A stretch of DNA of 64,000 nucleotides, from positions 4,774,001 to 4,838,000 of the forward strand of contig NC_134025.1 in the NCBI RefSeq assembly GCF_964204645.1, in the 5' to 3' direction. The position numbers were made by a program, and so were the translations under genes. Positions 40,125 to 54,161 of this stretch are shown in pieces. This DNA is from Tubulanus polymorphus. Its lineage: Eukaryota; Animalia; Nemertea. The notes beneath the pieces were generated by a model, which saw only the letters and a program-made list of their open reading frames with translations, was not told the DNA's origin and did no database searches. Position 1 is the first letter of the stretch. Every line of letters begins with the position of its first letter.

Positions 40125-43100
40125 TTACTTCTTGAATTGAACGATGTACCTTAGACACACTTGGGCTTCATCATATACTATATACTCGTTGTACGCGAGA
40201 ATGTGGTAACAGTCATTGTTCTCTTGTTCGATTAGTTTTCCCATTGGCATCACAATTCCTGCGAATAAAAGCAGAATGTTTTTATAGCATGATTGTCTAG
40301 CCGAAATACCTTTATTAAGCCGAGTTCACCTTTGGCTCCTAAATCAACCGTACATTAGCATTAATATTAAAACATACCCGGTTTTATGGTAACATCAAAT
40401 GAAGGGTTGGGTTCTTGACGTCCTACGCCTTTGATACTGTCAAAATTTCCTTTCGGTATTTCAGATTCATCATCTAAAGGTTGTTTAAATTCTTTGATCT
40501 TTCCGAGAGCACCCTTGAAAACATCATATGCATACAATGTCAAATTGTATGAAAACATTTAGAAGCCAGTGTCACAGTTTAGTAACGTAACTTTGAACTT
40601 CTGGAGATAAGATTTCGCCATCTGGTACATATACCAGCATCTTCACCCGTCAAGGGATTCGAACCCACTACACTAAAGCTGTTCGCCGAACCCCTTGACC
40701 TCACGACTCGTTGGAGTCGTTACTAGCCGACCAGAATCCGGTCGTACCAATCACAGCGCTTGTAATAAACGACTTTAGGCTTCTATTGGTTTTCCCGTTA
40801 AATGGACCAATCAGCGAACGTTTTACCGAACAAGGAAGTATTTCGCAAATCGATATATGATGTCATGCGCAACAGCGCCAGTAATGAAATCACGCTTCGT
40901 GAGGCAAGGGGGCTGGTGGAAGCGAGTTCGGGAGTGATACCGGACCTGGCAAGCGAGGATGATATACCAGCTAGTTCAAAAACACCCGAACGGCTACTAA
41001 AATCTACATCTTGATTAACCTACGATATCAAACTACTTCCATTTATTGAATGAAAATGAATGTTATTCGTATATCTACCTCGCAAAGTAACATAAACTGG
41101 GTATCAGATTCTTCATTATAATTACGGCAGTAATATGAGCTCTTCTTGAATGTGTCAGCCAGATAAATACCCTGAAGAGGACAATTAATGAGAGAAACAA
41201 TGAAATAAATATTTGAATGTCCTTGTAGAGACATTTTTTCGTTTTTACATGGCGAGTTCACGCGTATATTCGTGATCACATCCATACCTTTCCGAACATG
41301 GCTCCGGTGCTGCCAACTTGAGGAGGAGCTATGAGCAATCCCCGCGTGAGTATACTGAGCAGATTAGCTGAACTACTTCCATGCCAGAGTAAGTGTCGAT
41401 TATTGCGGCCGCATTTTTGTAACCGTTCCGATTCACCCTGACGGCTGACTTTATATATTGCTTCCACGTTACTAGCTGCAAGTAACAAACGCAGAAATAG
41501 AATATCATAACGCGATAGAGGCTCAAATGAAAATACAATTCAAACAACTGAACATCGATATATACCTGGCATACTACTGTGGATATACTTGAGAATGTAT
41601 TGCGATTTCGGATCATCTTCAGACATGAGCTGAATTGTGCATCCCATACACTGGTAAATGTAATCCAATGGATTCATCTCTGATTCGAGTAAACGAAGAT
41701 CATATATCAATCATAAAATTCATCGGAAGAATTGATCGATGTGAAAACTCGATATTATTCTGCGATAACATTCAACAGTCAATTAAACACACCTTTCTGT
41801 CTATATTGCGCTGCCAATAACATCTTTCCAGCTTGTTCTAATTCGAGTAAGTTGGTAATTTTACGGACCTGGTCACGAATGAGGCTGTCATTAGTGAGTG
41901 GCCTCACTGTTGTGTACTCGTAATTATTCGTCGGAACCAAATGGTAATAATCATTACTCAGTTTGGCGATCTAGAAAATATGTGAACATCCGTTCAAGTA
42001 TTAGCCGTTCTATGTGCAAGATATTTCAAAGTGCTATAGATGTAACAAACCTCCTCATAAATCTGATGGCATTCTTCCCGAGTTAGTTTCTGTGTTTCCT
42101 GTCGATGATGATGGGCAATTTTTTCCTGAAGTGGCCTGAAAAAAAACCGACAACATATTCTCATCAAACGAAAGAACTTTTTAAACCATGTTTATAGTTC
42201 CCCTGACATACTGTATGAAATGAACACTTACTTGATATGTTCCAGAATTTCTCTGGCTTTAAGAAGAGCTTCTTTTTTTATTTTACCAAAAGGCATGTAG
42301 TCCTCATCAATGTCAAATGATTCGAGAGCTTTGGACAGCATATTTATATTTGTCTAAAAAAAGAAATACATTGTCTATTGCCGCCATGATTTCCGGTGCT
42401 CATCATTTACGTCATTTCCAACATGGATATACAGGTATGCAGATACCCTACAGGTTCATTAGGCATACTGACCAGTTCTTTGAATATTTCTTGAATGTGG
42501 TCGGGAAGGGTTGATTTCACATCAGACTGGAGGGATAATTTAACTTTGCTAACTTTCTGTCCTGGAACTTGGTCCTCTCTAGCAATGAGTCGGTACTTCT
42601 TTGGATGGTTTGTGAAACTGAAAAAATAATAATTGAGAACCAGCGCATAAGCACATTACCTGATAGATATTTTGCAACATAATCAGATTATTATCAGCTT
42701 TATTTCTGACCTTTTAACATTATTCCAGTCATTGCCAGTTTTCTCTTTGAAAACTTTGTGGAATTCTTTGATAGCTGGTTCTTTCGCGGGGAATGGCGTT
42801 TGCTGATACTGGCCAACAGGGTCACCAATTTTACCCCAACGAGTCATCAAAATGTACATGTCCTTTCCAAGCTGATGAATAACCTAAAGTAACCAAGTAT
42901 AAATAGGTAAATCATTTAGAGCCTCAAATCTACTGGTATGTAAAATCAATACCACATTCTAATAATGCATATCACTTAACAATACTGCTCTATACTCAAT
43001 ATATTTTACATCTCTCCATGTTTCAATTTCATACCTGCATTTTATAGAATACATAAAGCCCGAAGTGTTGCTGCACATCAACTTTAACAAGAACCGTATC

Positions 43101-46100
43101 AAACGGAATATTCTGTTCATCATCCGTAACAACTTCACTGCAAATCACAAAGAAGAAATTTTATCATGAGAAATTTTCAGACGTACAGGTTTCTTTCTAC
43201 TACGTCAGTACACCGTCAAGGAAAATGCTGAATCCATTTTGAAAACGTACCCATTTTTCTGCATGCCACTCATTGGATCGGGACAAATGGTCACAGTTTC
43301 GTTAGTTTCCATGGAGTTAGTTTCCAATTGTTGCAACATCGCCTCAGCATCAGCCTGGTAGTTATACACACGACCATTTGGAGGCATGATTTCAGTGACA
43401 CCTAACGGTTCAACACTGGGCTTATCCTAAAATCAAGTACAAACAAATTGAAAGAACATTACTTAGAATATGAGGAAATAGTTCAGCTCAGAGCTAACTT
43501 ACCCATTTATCCTTCTTGATTCCAGCAAGTTTTTGTAGCCCCTTGGCTAGGTTCGAAGCTCCTTTGATTAAAGCGTAATCAAGTGGTGTGAGGCCGTTTC
43601 GATCCTTGGTGTTCATGACGGCGCCATTCTCTACGAGCAATTTCAATAGCTCCACGTTGTCATACGTGCCGTCATCGAGAGGACACACTAAATGATGTAT
43701 AACAGTCCAACCCTGTTTGTCCTGAACGTTCAAATCCACTTTACTTTTCTTCGTAAATGGCTCAAAATTCAAGTCTATGTCTGAAAAAACAATTCCAAAT
43801 TCCGTTCATTAAAATATCATAACTTTGCAGCTGCCTGCAATAGTATCATATTTATTTTCAGTAGTAAAGAACAAATGAATACAAACCATCATCATCAATC
43901 TCTTCCTGCTCTTCTGTCGCCGCTGCTGCTGCTGCTGCCGCTGCCACTGGTTCACTTTTCAAATCATTGACTTTTCCAGCTAGGATACTTTCAGCTTTCT
44001 TCAACATAAATCGCCTCACTGGAAACATTGAAAAATTATACCTTAAACCTGCTTGTCAAAATACATTGAGTATGTGAGAATAGGACACAAGTATGAATTA
44101 CCTCTAAACGATGCCGAAGATGCCCGTCTCATCATAAACCGGCCGGTCATGGAATAGGAATGATCTAATAAAAGCTTCAAAATATCGATGTCATTCTGAA
44201 ATGAGAAACAATAAACATATAATTACATCATGAACTCGTTCGGAGGCAGAAAATGAATCAATAAATCTGTTGAAATTAGCTCAAAACGCCTTAATTTCGA
44301 CCGCAAAATCACATTGTATGATGGAGGATTGACTGATGTAAGCGAACAATTTATCAGGTTATGAGTTGAATCGTAAGAGATGTAATTTTACCTGACGCAC
44401 GGCATGCATAACTGGTGTCATTTTCGTTTCGTCAGCGAAGTTGATGCTGGCACCGAGATCGAGTAGTAGTTTAACGAGCGCGAATCGTCTCCAGCGTATT
44501 GCTGACACGAGCGGCGACACGCGAACGCAGCCCGTTTTCTGATGATAATCACGACTGAACGCGCACTGATCGACTGAGTCGAACACGTCCATACTAACGA
44601 ACGGATAGTCGCACAGAATGTCTACATTAGCACCTTTCATTATGAGTTTTTTACAGATGTTTACTGCCGTTTTTTCTTCGTCGGTCGCCTCGTGTTTTTC
44701 TTGTGGTTTTATTGCTTGTCTGAAAATATGATTCACGCGTGCATTAAGTTGTGGAATACAGATAATTCACAGTGAATTATTTCCACTTGGCGAGCCCGGA
44801 GTAAATTGAAGGAACGCTCTCAAGCAATCATTTTGGCTAAAGACTATTAGCCATCATCAGGCATACTGATAGTATGTCTTTAGCCGAAACATTGCTCGAT
44901 ATAAACATGTATATATATATATACATTCACTTCTATCCATAAACTTTTCATCTTTGGCTGAATTATTATGGGATTTCCCTCGTATATCGTTTGTTTATGT
45001 CCAAAAACCCACAGTGTTTGTTTATGTTACCGGAGTAGCCCCAGTAATAAAATCGAATGAACTATTAGTAATTATCACATTACTCACCTTCTGGGTTTTG
45101 TACGAGTTTGTTCCGAATGCTGCTTTAGATCCCAGAATGCTACCGCAAGTGGAGTTCTACCATAATTATCTTCTTCAGTAATAACACTTTCAGTAGATTT
45201 ATCTGTTAATATAACGAAAGGCAACTCGTGAAAAACCAGAGCATCCTCTTAATCTTAAAATTCCGAACTCTTCACTTACTGATAATGAATTCTACGAGTT
45301 CTTCGTTATGTTTCAACACTGCATATGTTAGTGGCGAACATCCGTGTTTATCTTTCAAAGAGACATTGATGCCACGATTGCAAAGAATTTCTGCAACCTG
45401 AAATATTTTCAACCAGATCGAAATAAAGACCGTTACCTAGATCGCCTTGTACGGTTGTTCTGCCAAATAATTTGAATTTCAACTATACCTTCAGTTGTAG
45501 TTCTCTATCCAATGAAGTAGACGTATACGCCAGAACGTGAAGTAAATTTTGACGATCAGAATTTATGCTCGATCCAGTCAGTTCTTTATCATCCTTCACC
45601 TTCTTCATGAGTCTCATCGCGAGGTGATACTTATGTACGCGCAGTGCTGACTGAAATCAGGCGTGAATTACCGTAAAATATGACTTAGAAAACAGGAGAC
45701 GTTGATACAACATCTATCAATAAATAATACTAACCTCAACACAAAAGATTAATGAAATGCCCATGTGTTTTAGCTGATCAAGTAATATGTATGTAACCCC
45801 TTGCCAATCCCTCTTTACAATCGCCTGAAAAATATACATCAGATATCATACTTGCAGCAACACTGTGAATTCATCGAAACGGTTTTTAGGCATTTTAGAG
45901 CTGAAATCAAATTGAAAGTACAGAAATCAAATTACCTGGAACAATGACAAAGTCGATACATTTGAAATGTCTGTTTGCTTGAGAGGTTTCCAAACTAATA
46001 TTTTCTCATCAGTCTTTTTCAACCTGGATTCTTTGGATGGTGAATCAATCTATGAGAATCGATGAGAACATTGTATTTTAATGTAAGGTGGATATTTCTT

Positions 46101-49100
46101 GTATTCAGTCAGTTTATAAAGTTAATCAGACCTTTAACACAGCTGAGCCCCACTATTTGTCAGCCTCAATTTCTTACCTGTTTTTGGGATACGATTACTT
46201 CTTTAGGAGGGTCAGTACTGTCCTTAGCATGAATAACGTCAACGTTGATATTGGCGTCTTTTTGAATGAGTGCTACAGCACAACTAAATGGTAAGAAATA
46301 GATCCGATAGTTAAATCGTAAACATGAAATATTCATGTACGTGGTCTATCATTTTTAAGCCTACCTTTTGTGACCCGCCAATACTGCAAGACCTACTGGG
46401 GTATTGCCATTCTTATCTTTACGGTTGATATCCGCTTTTCTCTGTAACAAATGCATGCAGCAAACCATTGCTCCATGTAAGGCTGCTCGGTGTAGAGGTG
46501 TGCTGCCAATTAGATCTTGCGAATCTATGTCTCCCGGTTTCATGTTCATCGTTACTGCACCGCATAACTCAATCGGATCCATATGAGCCGTGTTATCATC
46601 CCTAAAATACACATGTACTACAATGTACTATTTCAAAATGAAAACTTCCGTATAAAGGACTTTAAACATAAGTCAAGAACAGATTGACAGGACAAGAGTG
46701 GCCACTTTTATTTGACCTGCTTTTCTCCTCCTGACTAATCCCTGACATGCATGTTGTTTTCCCTGACATGATCTGCTAAGAATCCAATCAATTTACACTG
46801 TCCAATAAGTAAGACATAGATGGAAACTGTTTGATTTCACGTGCAATCTAGCAACCTCAACAAATTTACCCAGACTTTTTCAATGATAAGACTTTCCCCT
46901 AATTTCTAGGTAAGTGGCCGCCCTGATTGATAGAGTGAAAAGAAGTTATTCAGAAATTTTGTTAGAAATTTAAATACATGTTACAATCCACAGAGATTTC
47001 GGTCCACTGAAGGTCACCCACATTAAGCAGATAAATATGATAAAGAAAGATCAATAACTTCTAAGGTAAACTTACTCAGCATCCTGTATGAAGACAAAAT
47101 GTAATGGAAGTCGACCTTCTTTGTCTTTTTTTGACAAATCGGCGCCTTGTTCGATGAGATATTCGACGATGTCGGTCGGGGTGTCCGATCCTCCATCGTT
47201 ATACAATATAGCCAAGTGAAGAGGTGTTTGTGATTTATTATTCACGGCGTCGATCGTCGCGCCGTTCTCTAAAAGACATTTTATCATTGATAACGACGAC
47301 TCGATGTCGGATACATCTCCGACGGCTTCGTGCAACGCAGTCAACTGATCTCGACAGTCTCGTGCATTGACGTTCGCGCCTTTCGCGACCAACGCCTTTA
47401 CTACATCTGGAAGATTGTTTCTGAAACGATTTTGATGAAATAAAATATCAATATACGAAATACACAACGCAATGGTGCAATTTTCAAATTATCTCAAGCA
47501 CTTTCGGGGATAAATTAGTCAGCAGTGGAAGAGTTAAGTAAGTTTGACTGTATAACGCAGCTTTCCGTAAGCTTAGCTAATTAATAATAACAGATGAGTG
47601 ATTGACCAGAAAATAGATGATTATATTACTACCTGACAGCAAATATAAGAGGTGAAGACTTTCCATCTTCTTCCTCATCTATTGAACTCATATTTACTGA
47701 GGCCCCGTGTTCTATCTGAAACGAACATTCAACTCGATCAGTTTTATTCCGCGCATTTGAGGCTCTTAATCTAATTCTGATAAGTAAAGAATGATGTAAT
47801 TATACATACAAGAAGCAAAGCCTCAGTACTATTTCCTAACAGAATGGCATCGATAAGAGGCGTATGACCGGTTTGAATGGCATACGTGTCTAACTGAGGA
47901 TGATAACGCAAAATCATCTCTAAACCGGGACGCTTTTCACCGTACAATTCACCCTCAGATTCATTCTGCTGTAACATGAAGTGAACTGCCGACATTTTTC
48001 CTGAAACAACAAAATCAATAAGACTGAATGTAACATGTCTGATACAAAGCATCAGTGAGGCTCAAACCACAAGTTTTTCAGTTTTACGCATTGACACACC
48101 ATTGTCAACATATCTCTCCTTTTCTTTCAGTGGTACTGGTTCATCGTTGAATTTCTTTTCACCGACGACGCTATTGACATCGGCACCCATCAAATCGATG
48201 AGACCTTTGATGAATTCCCTGGCACAGTCAAGACCCTGCTTCGTTTCCTCTTCTGATAATTCTGAATCGGGCTACAAATAATTACATAGATCTTATAATG
48301 CCCGGTATTCGGAAATATTGAAACAAAACACTCAAACAAGCCAAGATACAGAACTGTAGAACTTACAGAGAATTGGCAATATTCCTCACAGGCTCGCAAT
48401 AAAGGTGTATAACCAGAATTATCAACGACCTTTGACATATCTTTCAGAGAGGTGAAACTTCCAGCTTCTTTTCCATCCACCTACAAATTTTTTTACCGAT
48501 TTTAAGAAATCAAAAATAAGGATATAAGCACTATTATGCGTGAAATTACACTTGAAACAGCTAATATGCATGAATTCACAGAGATACTTCAAATGACAGA
48601 GTTATCATTTCTAGTATAGTAATGATTTCCGTTTTTAATAGTACCTGCATGAGAATCTCGAGTAGCTGCATCATATCAGCAGATGTTGACTGGTGCGCCA
48701 TATGGTGAAGAACATTCCATCCATCTTCATCGGTAGTTGTAGATACGGAGCCACCTTTTTCAATCAGCAGCTTCACAAGTCCTGCGTTACCCTAAAGTCA
48801 AGACATAATCATATAGATTATCGATAATGAACAACTATACTTGTATAGTAGGCACAAGAATATCTTACGGTGTATAAAGCCAACATTGTTGGTGTTTTCC
48901 CTGCATTATTGATTTGAGTAGCTGAAGTTCCATTCTCAATGAAAATTTCAGCCATTTTCAAAGACACTTCTTTAGCCTTAAGGACTTTTTCATTCAGCTG
49001 AAAAGAACAATCACATGCGGCAATATGTTGTTTGAATACATATTTGTATGCCAATAATACATAACTAAAGGAATACTTACCCCATATCCGACATGGTTGA

Positions 49101-52100
49101 TAGCCAAATGATGTAACTGAAATCAACAAAAAGACCACATTTAGACTCAAGAGTACAGACTCTAGCTAGTAAAATCCTAGTTGGTCAAATAAATTCTTGG
49201 GATATTTCGTACCACATTATTATCGGAAACATCTAACAAAGTATTATCAGCTTTCTGTTCCTTAATCAGATACTCGACTTGTTCAAGTAGATCATCTTCA
49301 AGTGGACTACCAGCGGCCAACATCAACAGCGTCATACCTGCATCAAGTCATTTATAGTAATAAGTAATTCAATATCTCAGTGCTTATTCAAAGTAGATAA
49401 ATTGTCAGTTTGTTTACCATCATCATCTCTGAAATTAATATCGACTCCAGGTCTGCTGAGAAGCATCTCCAAAAGACCGGTATTGCCTTTCATGAATGCA
49501 ACGCCATGCGGATTTAACTAAAACACAAATAGTTAAGATTTTTATGGACAAGCAGAACACTTGGAACTCACTGTATAGAGTTATAGTTAATTAGCAAATC
49601 AGTGATGGATACTTGCCATACAAAACAAGAAAAGATTATTAGGGGATTTAGAAACGTCGAGAGTCTGTTTAATTACTTATCCCATTTGACAACAAAAAGA
49701 CAATTATTTTGGGATGGCCTGGTAGTTATTTTTGATTGTAATAAAGCTGCAAAACAAACCTTCCAATCATTGGTTGCATTGGGGTCGCCGTCAGCATCGA
49801 GAAGAACTTTCAGCCCGAAATACGAACCATACGCAACGGCGTAATGAATACAAGTATTACCGGACGAGTCGGCGTGGTTTGGATTGGCGCCGATGTGAAC
49901 CAAGTAAGACGCGACATTCGTGTGATTGTTCATCACCGCGTGCGTAAGAGCCGTACGTTTAAAACGATCTGAAAATCAACGGCAGAAGCAAAAGAGAATT
50001 AGCAAAATTCCTCACAAACAGGAAAGTTAACAAACATCTTTAACAGGGTGGCCATTTTATGTGATTTAATTTTTCCCTCACATCTAGGCTGTTTCCCCCT
50101 CTGCTAAGAATCCAATCAATTAACCGTCATATACATAAAGCATAGATGGACACAGGTTGATTACACTCAACAAATTTCCATTTTATTTTAGCTTTTTAAC
50201 AAAATTCCCCGACTTTTTCCCCGAATCCCAGTAAGCGGTCACCCTCTGTTTGAATACTAACCTTTGAATTCGACTATGGCTCCTCCTGATTGTACGAGAT
50301 ACTGTACCATGGCTAGATCACCTCGAGCTGCCGCGATCTGTAAACAATTCATCTTGTGACGAGCTGCTGATGCTGCCTTGTTTGCATCGGCTCCGTGCTT
50401 TAGAAGAGTACGAACGACATCCTAGAATACAAACATGACAAAGGTCAAATCTTTACCGAAAAGACTATTTTCAAATTCTAAATCGCGGGGCTTACCAAAT
50501 GACCATTCTCAGCAGCCATGTGAATAGCACATCTACCCGACCTGTCCATTTTATGAACGCCTCCAATACCAAATCTGTCATCTAATTCTGGACTGTTTCC
50601 TTTCTGTCGAGCTGCCACATCTATGTACAACAAATAGAAGTAACACTTTCAGCCTTATTTTAGTTTAGATCATCTGTCATTCAGAATACGGATTCCCACT
50701 GAGAACATCCAAAATATGTCTCAAAACTTCTATCTTGGCCCTTACTATCAAACATTACAAACCTGCTTTAGCCTTTTTAAGGAGAGCCTCTACGTTATGA
50801 GCACGGCCGTACTTGCACGCAATCATCAATGGCGTGTTTCCCTGCGTCTCAATTTCATCAGCACTCACACCCCTTAAATACAAATGAAACATCAAAGTTT
50901 AACGGATCTGAAAATATTCCGCATATTTCACAAAACAGATCATCTGTCCGGTAACAGACTGAAATATAAACTACCTTTGAAGGAGAAGCTCCATTGGACC
51001 GGGACCCTCACAAGTTGCAGCATAGTGAATCGGTCTCCAGTGCTTCTTATCCATGATATTGTACTCGGGAAGTATGGACATTAGAGTCGTCAAGTAACTG
51101 GCATTTGGATTGATGCAAGCGCAATGAATCGGAGTGATCTAAATTTACAGAAATGATATAGATGTCAAATACTGAAATAATACAAATTATAGCAAAGAAG
51201 ACATGTTTGGTCAGTAGGTAAGACTGATCAAAGGGTACATGTTTTTCCACTTACCCCATCATTATTGTAAGGTTTCTTCTTCACAGACGGAGATTTCGCC
51301 GGTGAAAGAGGCTCGTCATCATTTTTCAATACCTCGATGTGCAAGAAATTGAATCCGTGGCCCGCTTTGATAGCATCAGCAACCAAAGCAGCAGCTAGTT
51401 TCCGATTACCAGTTCGAATCACATTCACTATGTTATTTGTAAGAATGTCCTCCATGTACTGTAAAAATAAATGGAATTTTATAAATGTCGCGACATATTT
51501 CCACTAGTTTTGGGTCAGATGTCCAATTAATGATGATGAATTAAAAAATTAAACCTACAATATTCTCTCCATCTGATGACTGGGCCAAAGCTACGTCTAA
51601 TGTATCTTTGCTGATATCATGAGTGATTGCATCAACAAGAATTTGGGATTCTTCTAGATCAATATCCATCATGTTATCCTGATAAGACAGAAAAACAAAT
51701 GTTACACATGACACATTTTCAGTTATGTTATAATAACATAAATGAAAATTGATGAATGAATGAATTACCTTTGTAAGAGCGGCATTACCCTCTTTAGATC
51801 CTCGTCCAACAGTTAGAGTTCGCACACGTGGAACTCCGAGAGATCTTGGATCATAGCTAGAAATACATACAATATCCCAGTCAATATATTGATATGCCAG
51901 AGGGTCACCCAGCTTTACACCTGTTTAATAGGGTGGCCACTTTCCGCCAATTTACAAATCCCCTGAGAAATTTCTAGGTTCAAAATCATTAATTTTCAGA
52001 AACATGTGGTCAATAGCATTATCCGAATTCCCCGAGTTTTCTAGGTTTTCCAGGTCAGTGGCGCCACCCTGTGTAAGAAACTGGTATTTAGGGAGACACT

Positions 52101-54161
52101 AACCGCCCAGTGCTCGGTGTAGATAGTATATTTGTGGGTAATTTTACGCGTTTTCGGTCGTCATCATAAGATGCTTTCCACAATAATTCAATAGCCTTGT
52201 GATTTTCCATTCTGATTGCGATTTGTAGGGGCGTTACTTTTTCCTGAATGCTGTACTGAGGATTAATCTGAAATAGAAATTTGTAAGTGATGAAAATCTC
52301 TGGCATAAGACTGGACAAGAACATATAAGATAAGAAGAACATACCAAAGCAACATGATCTAAGTCTTCGATGAATTTTGTCAATATTTTGTTGTCCCTCA
52401 GCTTCAGTGCTCTGAACAGTAGTTTACTTGAAATGAATGATGATACAACTGGAACATTTTCCCTGAAAATATAAAATGCAGGACATAAGACCCCAGACGT
52501 GTGGAAATCATCCACAGAATTCTGCAGCAGAAGTCCATCTTTCATACCTGCTTTCATAAAATGGATCTTTCTCTAGAACCTTTATTCGTGGCCGCGGAGT
52601 CAAATTGATGTTCGGGTCTTTAGGCGTTTTCGCTGTTGCTGGGGTTGCTTTCAAAGGACTCGGAGTTTTTCCTGAAACAAATAAGATATACAAAATCATA
52701 TAATCTTTCAAAATCATATAACATATGAAATTCAACCTAAAAGCATGGATAAACACCTTTGACTGGTTTCTTCTTGTTGTCTTTTGTTGTTTTTGTAACA
52801 GGAGTGGTTACTTTTGTCGTTGGAGTCGCTTTAGTGGTGGCTACAGCCTTCTTCTTTTTACCACCTTCTGAAAATATACCAGCAGCATAAATATAGATGA
52901 CTATCAACCGTCACAACATTGAAAAGTGAGTTTAAAAGGAGCTTCGATGCTAACTCTTTGTTCTCCTTGGTCTCGTAGGCGTTACTGCAGGGGTTGGAGG
53001 CGGAGACTGACTTTTGCTACTGGTGCTGGCAACGATACCATTGCTGTCCTGTGACTCCTGCTTTTTCATCGCTTCTTCAAAAGTTTCTACAAACAAAATT
53101 GCAAACATGTTGGAATATATTCACATACTTTCTTCGAATCTAACTGTGATGAATAACTGTGATGATTTTTCATTGTCTCTCTTAGTTTTTCTCTCTCTCT
53201 CTTCTTTTTTTGCTTTTCAAGGGTGCTTGCTATAGCGGCCTTTTGGCCTTTGCTTGGCCCTCATAAGAAAGCCTTCTTAATTTTACTTTTGTTCTGTTTG
53301 TAAATATTCTTATAACATGCTTTCTTATGAAAAAAATTGAAATTGAATAACATACCAGTTAAATCAACTTGTATCCCATTTTCGACGTTGAGAGCTTTTT
53401 GAAGTATGAATTCCGTGCGCAATTTCTCTCGTTCCGGTAACTTGTACGTTTCTCTAGAGACATGATCCATGCGAACTGTGGTGATCACGCATTCCAATTC
53501 CGTCGTGTCGTAGAAATCTAATTTGTAAACGTCAGGCGGTTGCGACAATGACAGCCAGCGCACTTTGAAACTGCGAGTATTGCGATGTACATGCTGATTG
53601 GTTTGACAGAGGTAAAATCCACCTGGAAACATAGATTATTGAAAATATCTCATCTCCGCTAACAAAGTTATATCTAAAAAGGGCTTTACATCAATCAAGT
53701 GCCAGAGGCTTAAAAGTTTAACTACGATCAATATCATCGATAAAGGATCAATATTTACCAGACTCATTTCGAACTGCTAAAAATTTGCTTTTCTTGAAAA
53801 GTAATTCTTTGTCCTGGCTACGACTTTTAGGCGCAGCACCGAGTTCGATAGGGCTTTGGAACGGAGAACGCTGAACCTTCGACCTTTTGCTCGGAGTGCG
53901 TGGCTCCACCTCTACAGGTCGTTTTTGACGTCTCTGCAATAGTATAATTGAGACCATTTGCTTTTACAGTGTTTGACAAAAATTTAGAATCTTAACAAAA
54001 TGAAGGTATTTCTTCATCTTAATGGTTGTTTACAATTAAGCTAAGATTAAACCTACCTTTCTCGTATTGCTCGATGGACTGCTACCTTTTTTCATTGTGG
54101 CATCTGCAGCCGCAGAAGCATCTCTAGGGCTTCTTGTCGCCCGCGAAGGTGACTCATCCAT
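40125..54161 (-). CDS. Ankyrin-repeat + WGR + PARP regulatory + catalytic poly(ADP-ribose) polymerase (PME-5/TANK-1-type tankyrase-like; many exons)
   Basis: ATG at 54161 (MDESPSR), a basic low-complexity N-terminus and many ankyrin repeats (TPLHLAI, TPLHRAALHG, TPVMHAV, TPLDYAL). Then a WGR domain (FYKMQVIHQ..MYILMTRWGKIG...FHKVFKEKTGNDW) and a regulatory domain (MPFGKI, FYEE..KLSNYYQLVP). The catalytic domain has LLWHGSS, GAMFGKGIYLAD, MLLCE.ALG and LAYNEYIVYDEAQVCLRYIVQF. TAA at 40125-40127. Confidence 0.92.
40600..40760 (-). mobile_element. tRNA-derived SINE-like head in a PARP intron
   Basis: Minus-strand B box/T-arm GGGTTCGAATCCC at ~40654-40666. No complete cloverleaf is visible. Confidence 0.4.
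46694..46925. mobile_element. hAT-like MITE (CAGGGTGGCCAC termini)
   Basis: Ends agagtggccact ... aagtggccgccctg. The internal ctgctaagaatccaatcaatt...catagatgga is shared with the copy at 50044. Confidence 0.7.
50044..50248. mobile_element. hAT-like MITE, same family as 46694
   Basis: cagggtggccatttt ... gcggtcaccctctg, with shared internal sequence. Confidence 0.7.
51929..52071. mobile_element. hAT-like MITE with related termini
   Basis: tagggtggccactttcc ... ttttccaggtcagtggcgccaccctg. Confidence 0.65.
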
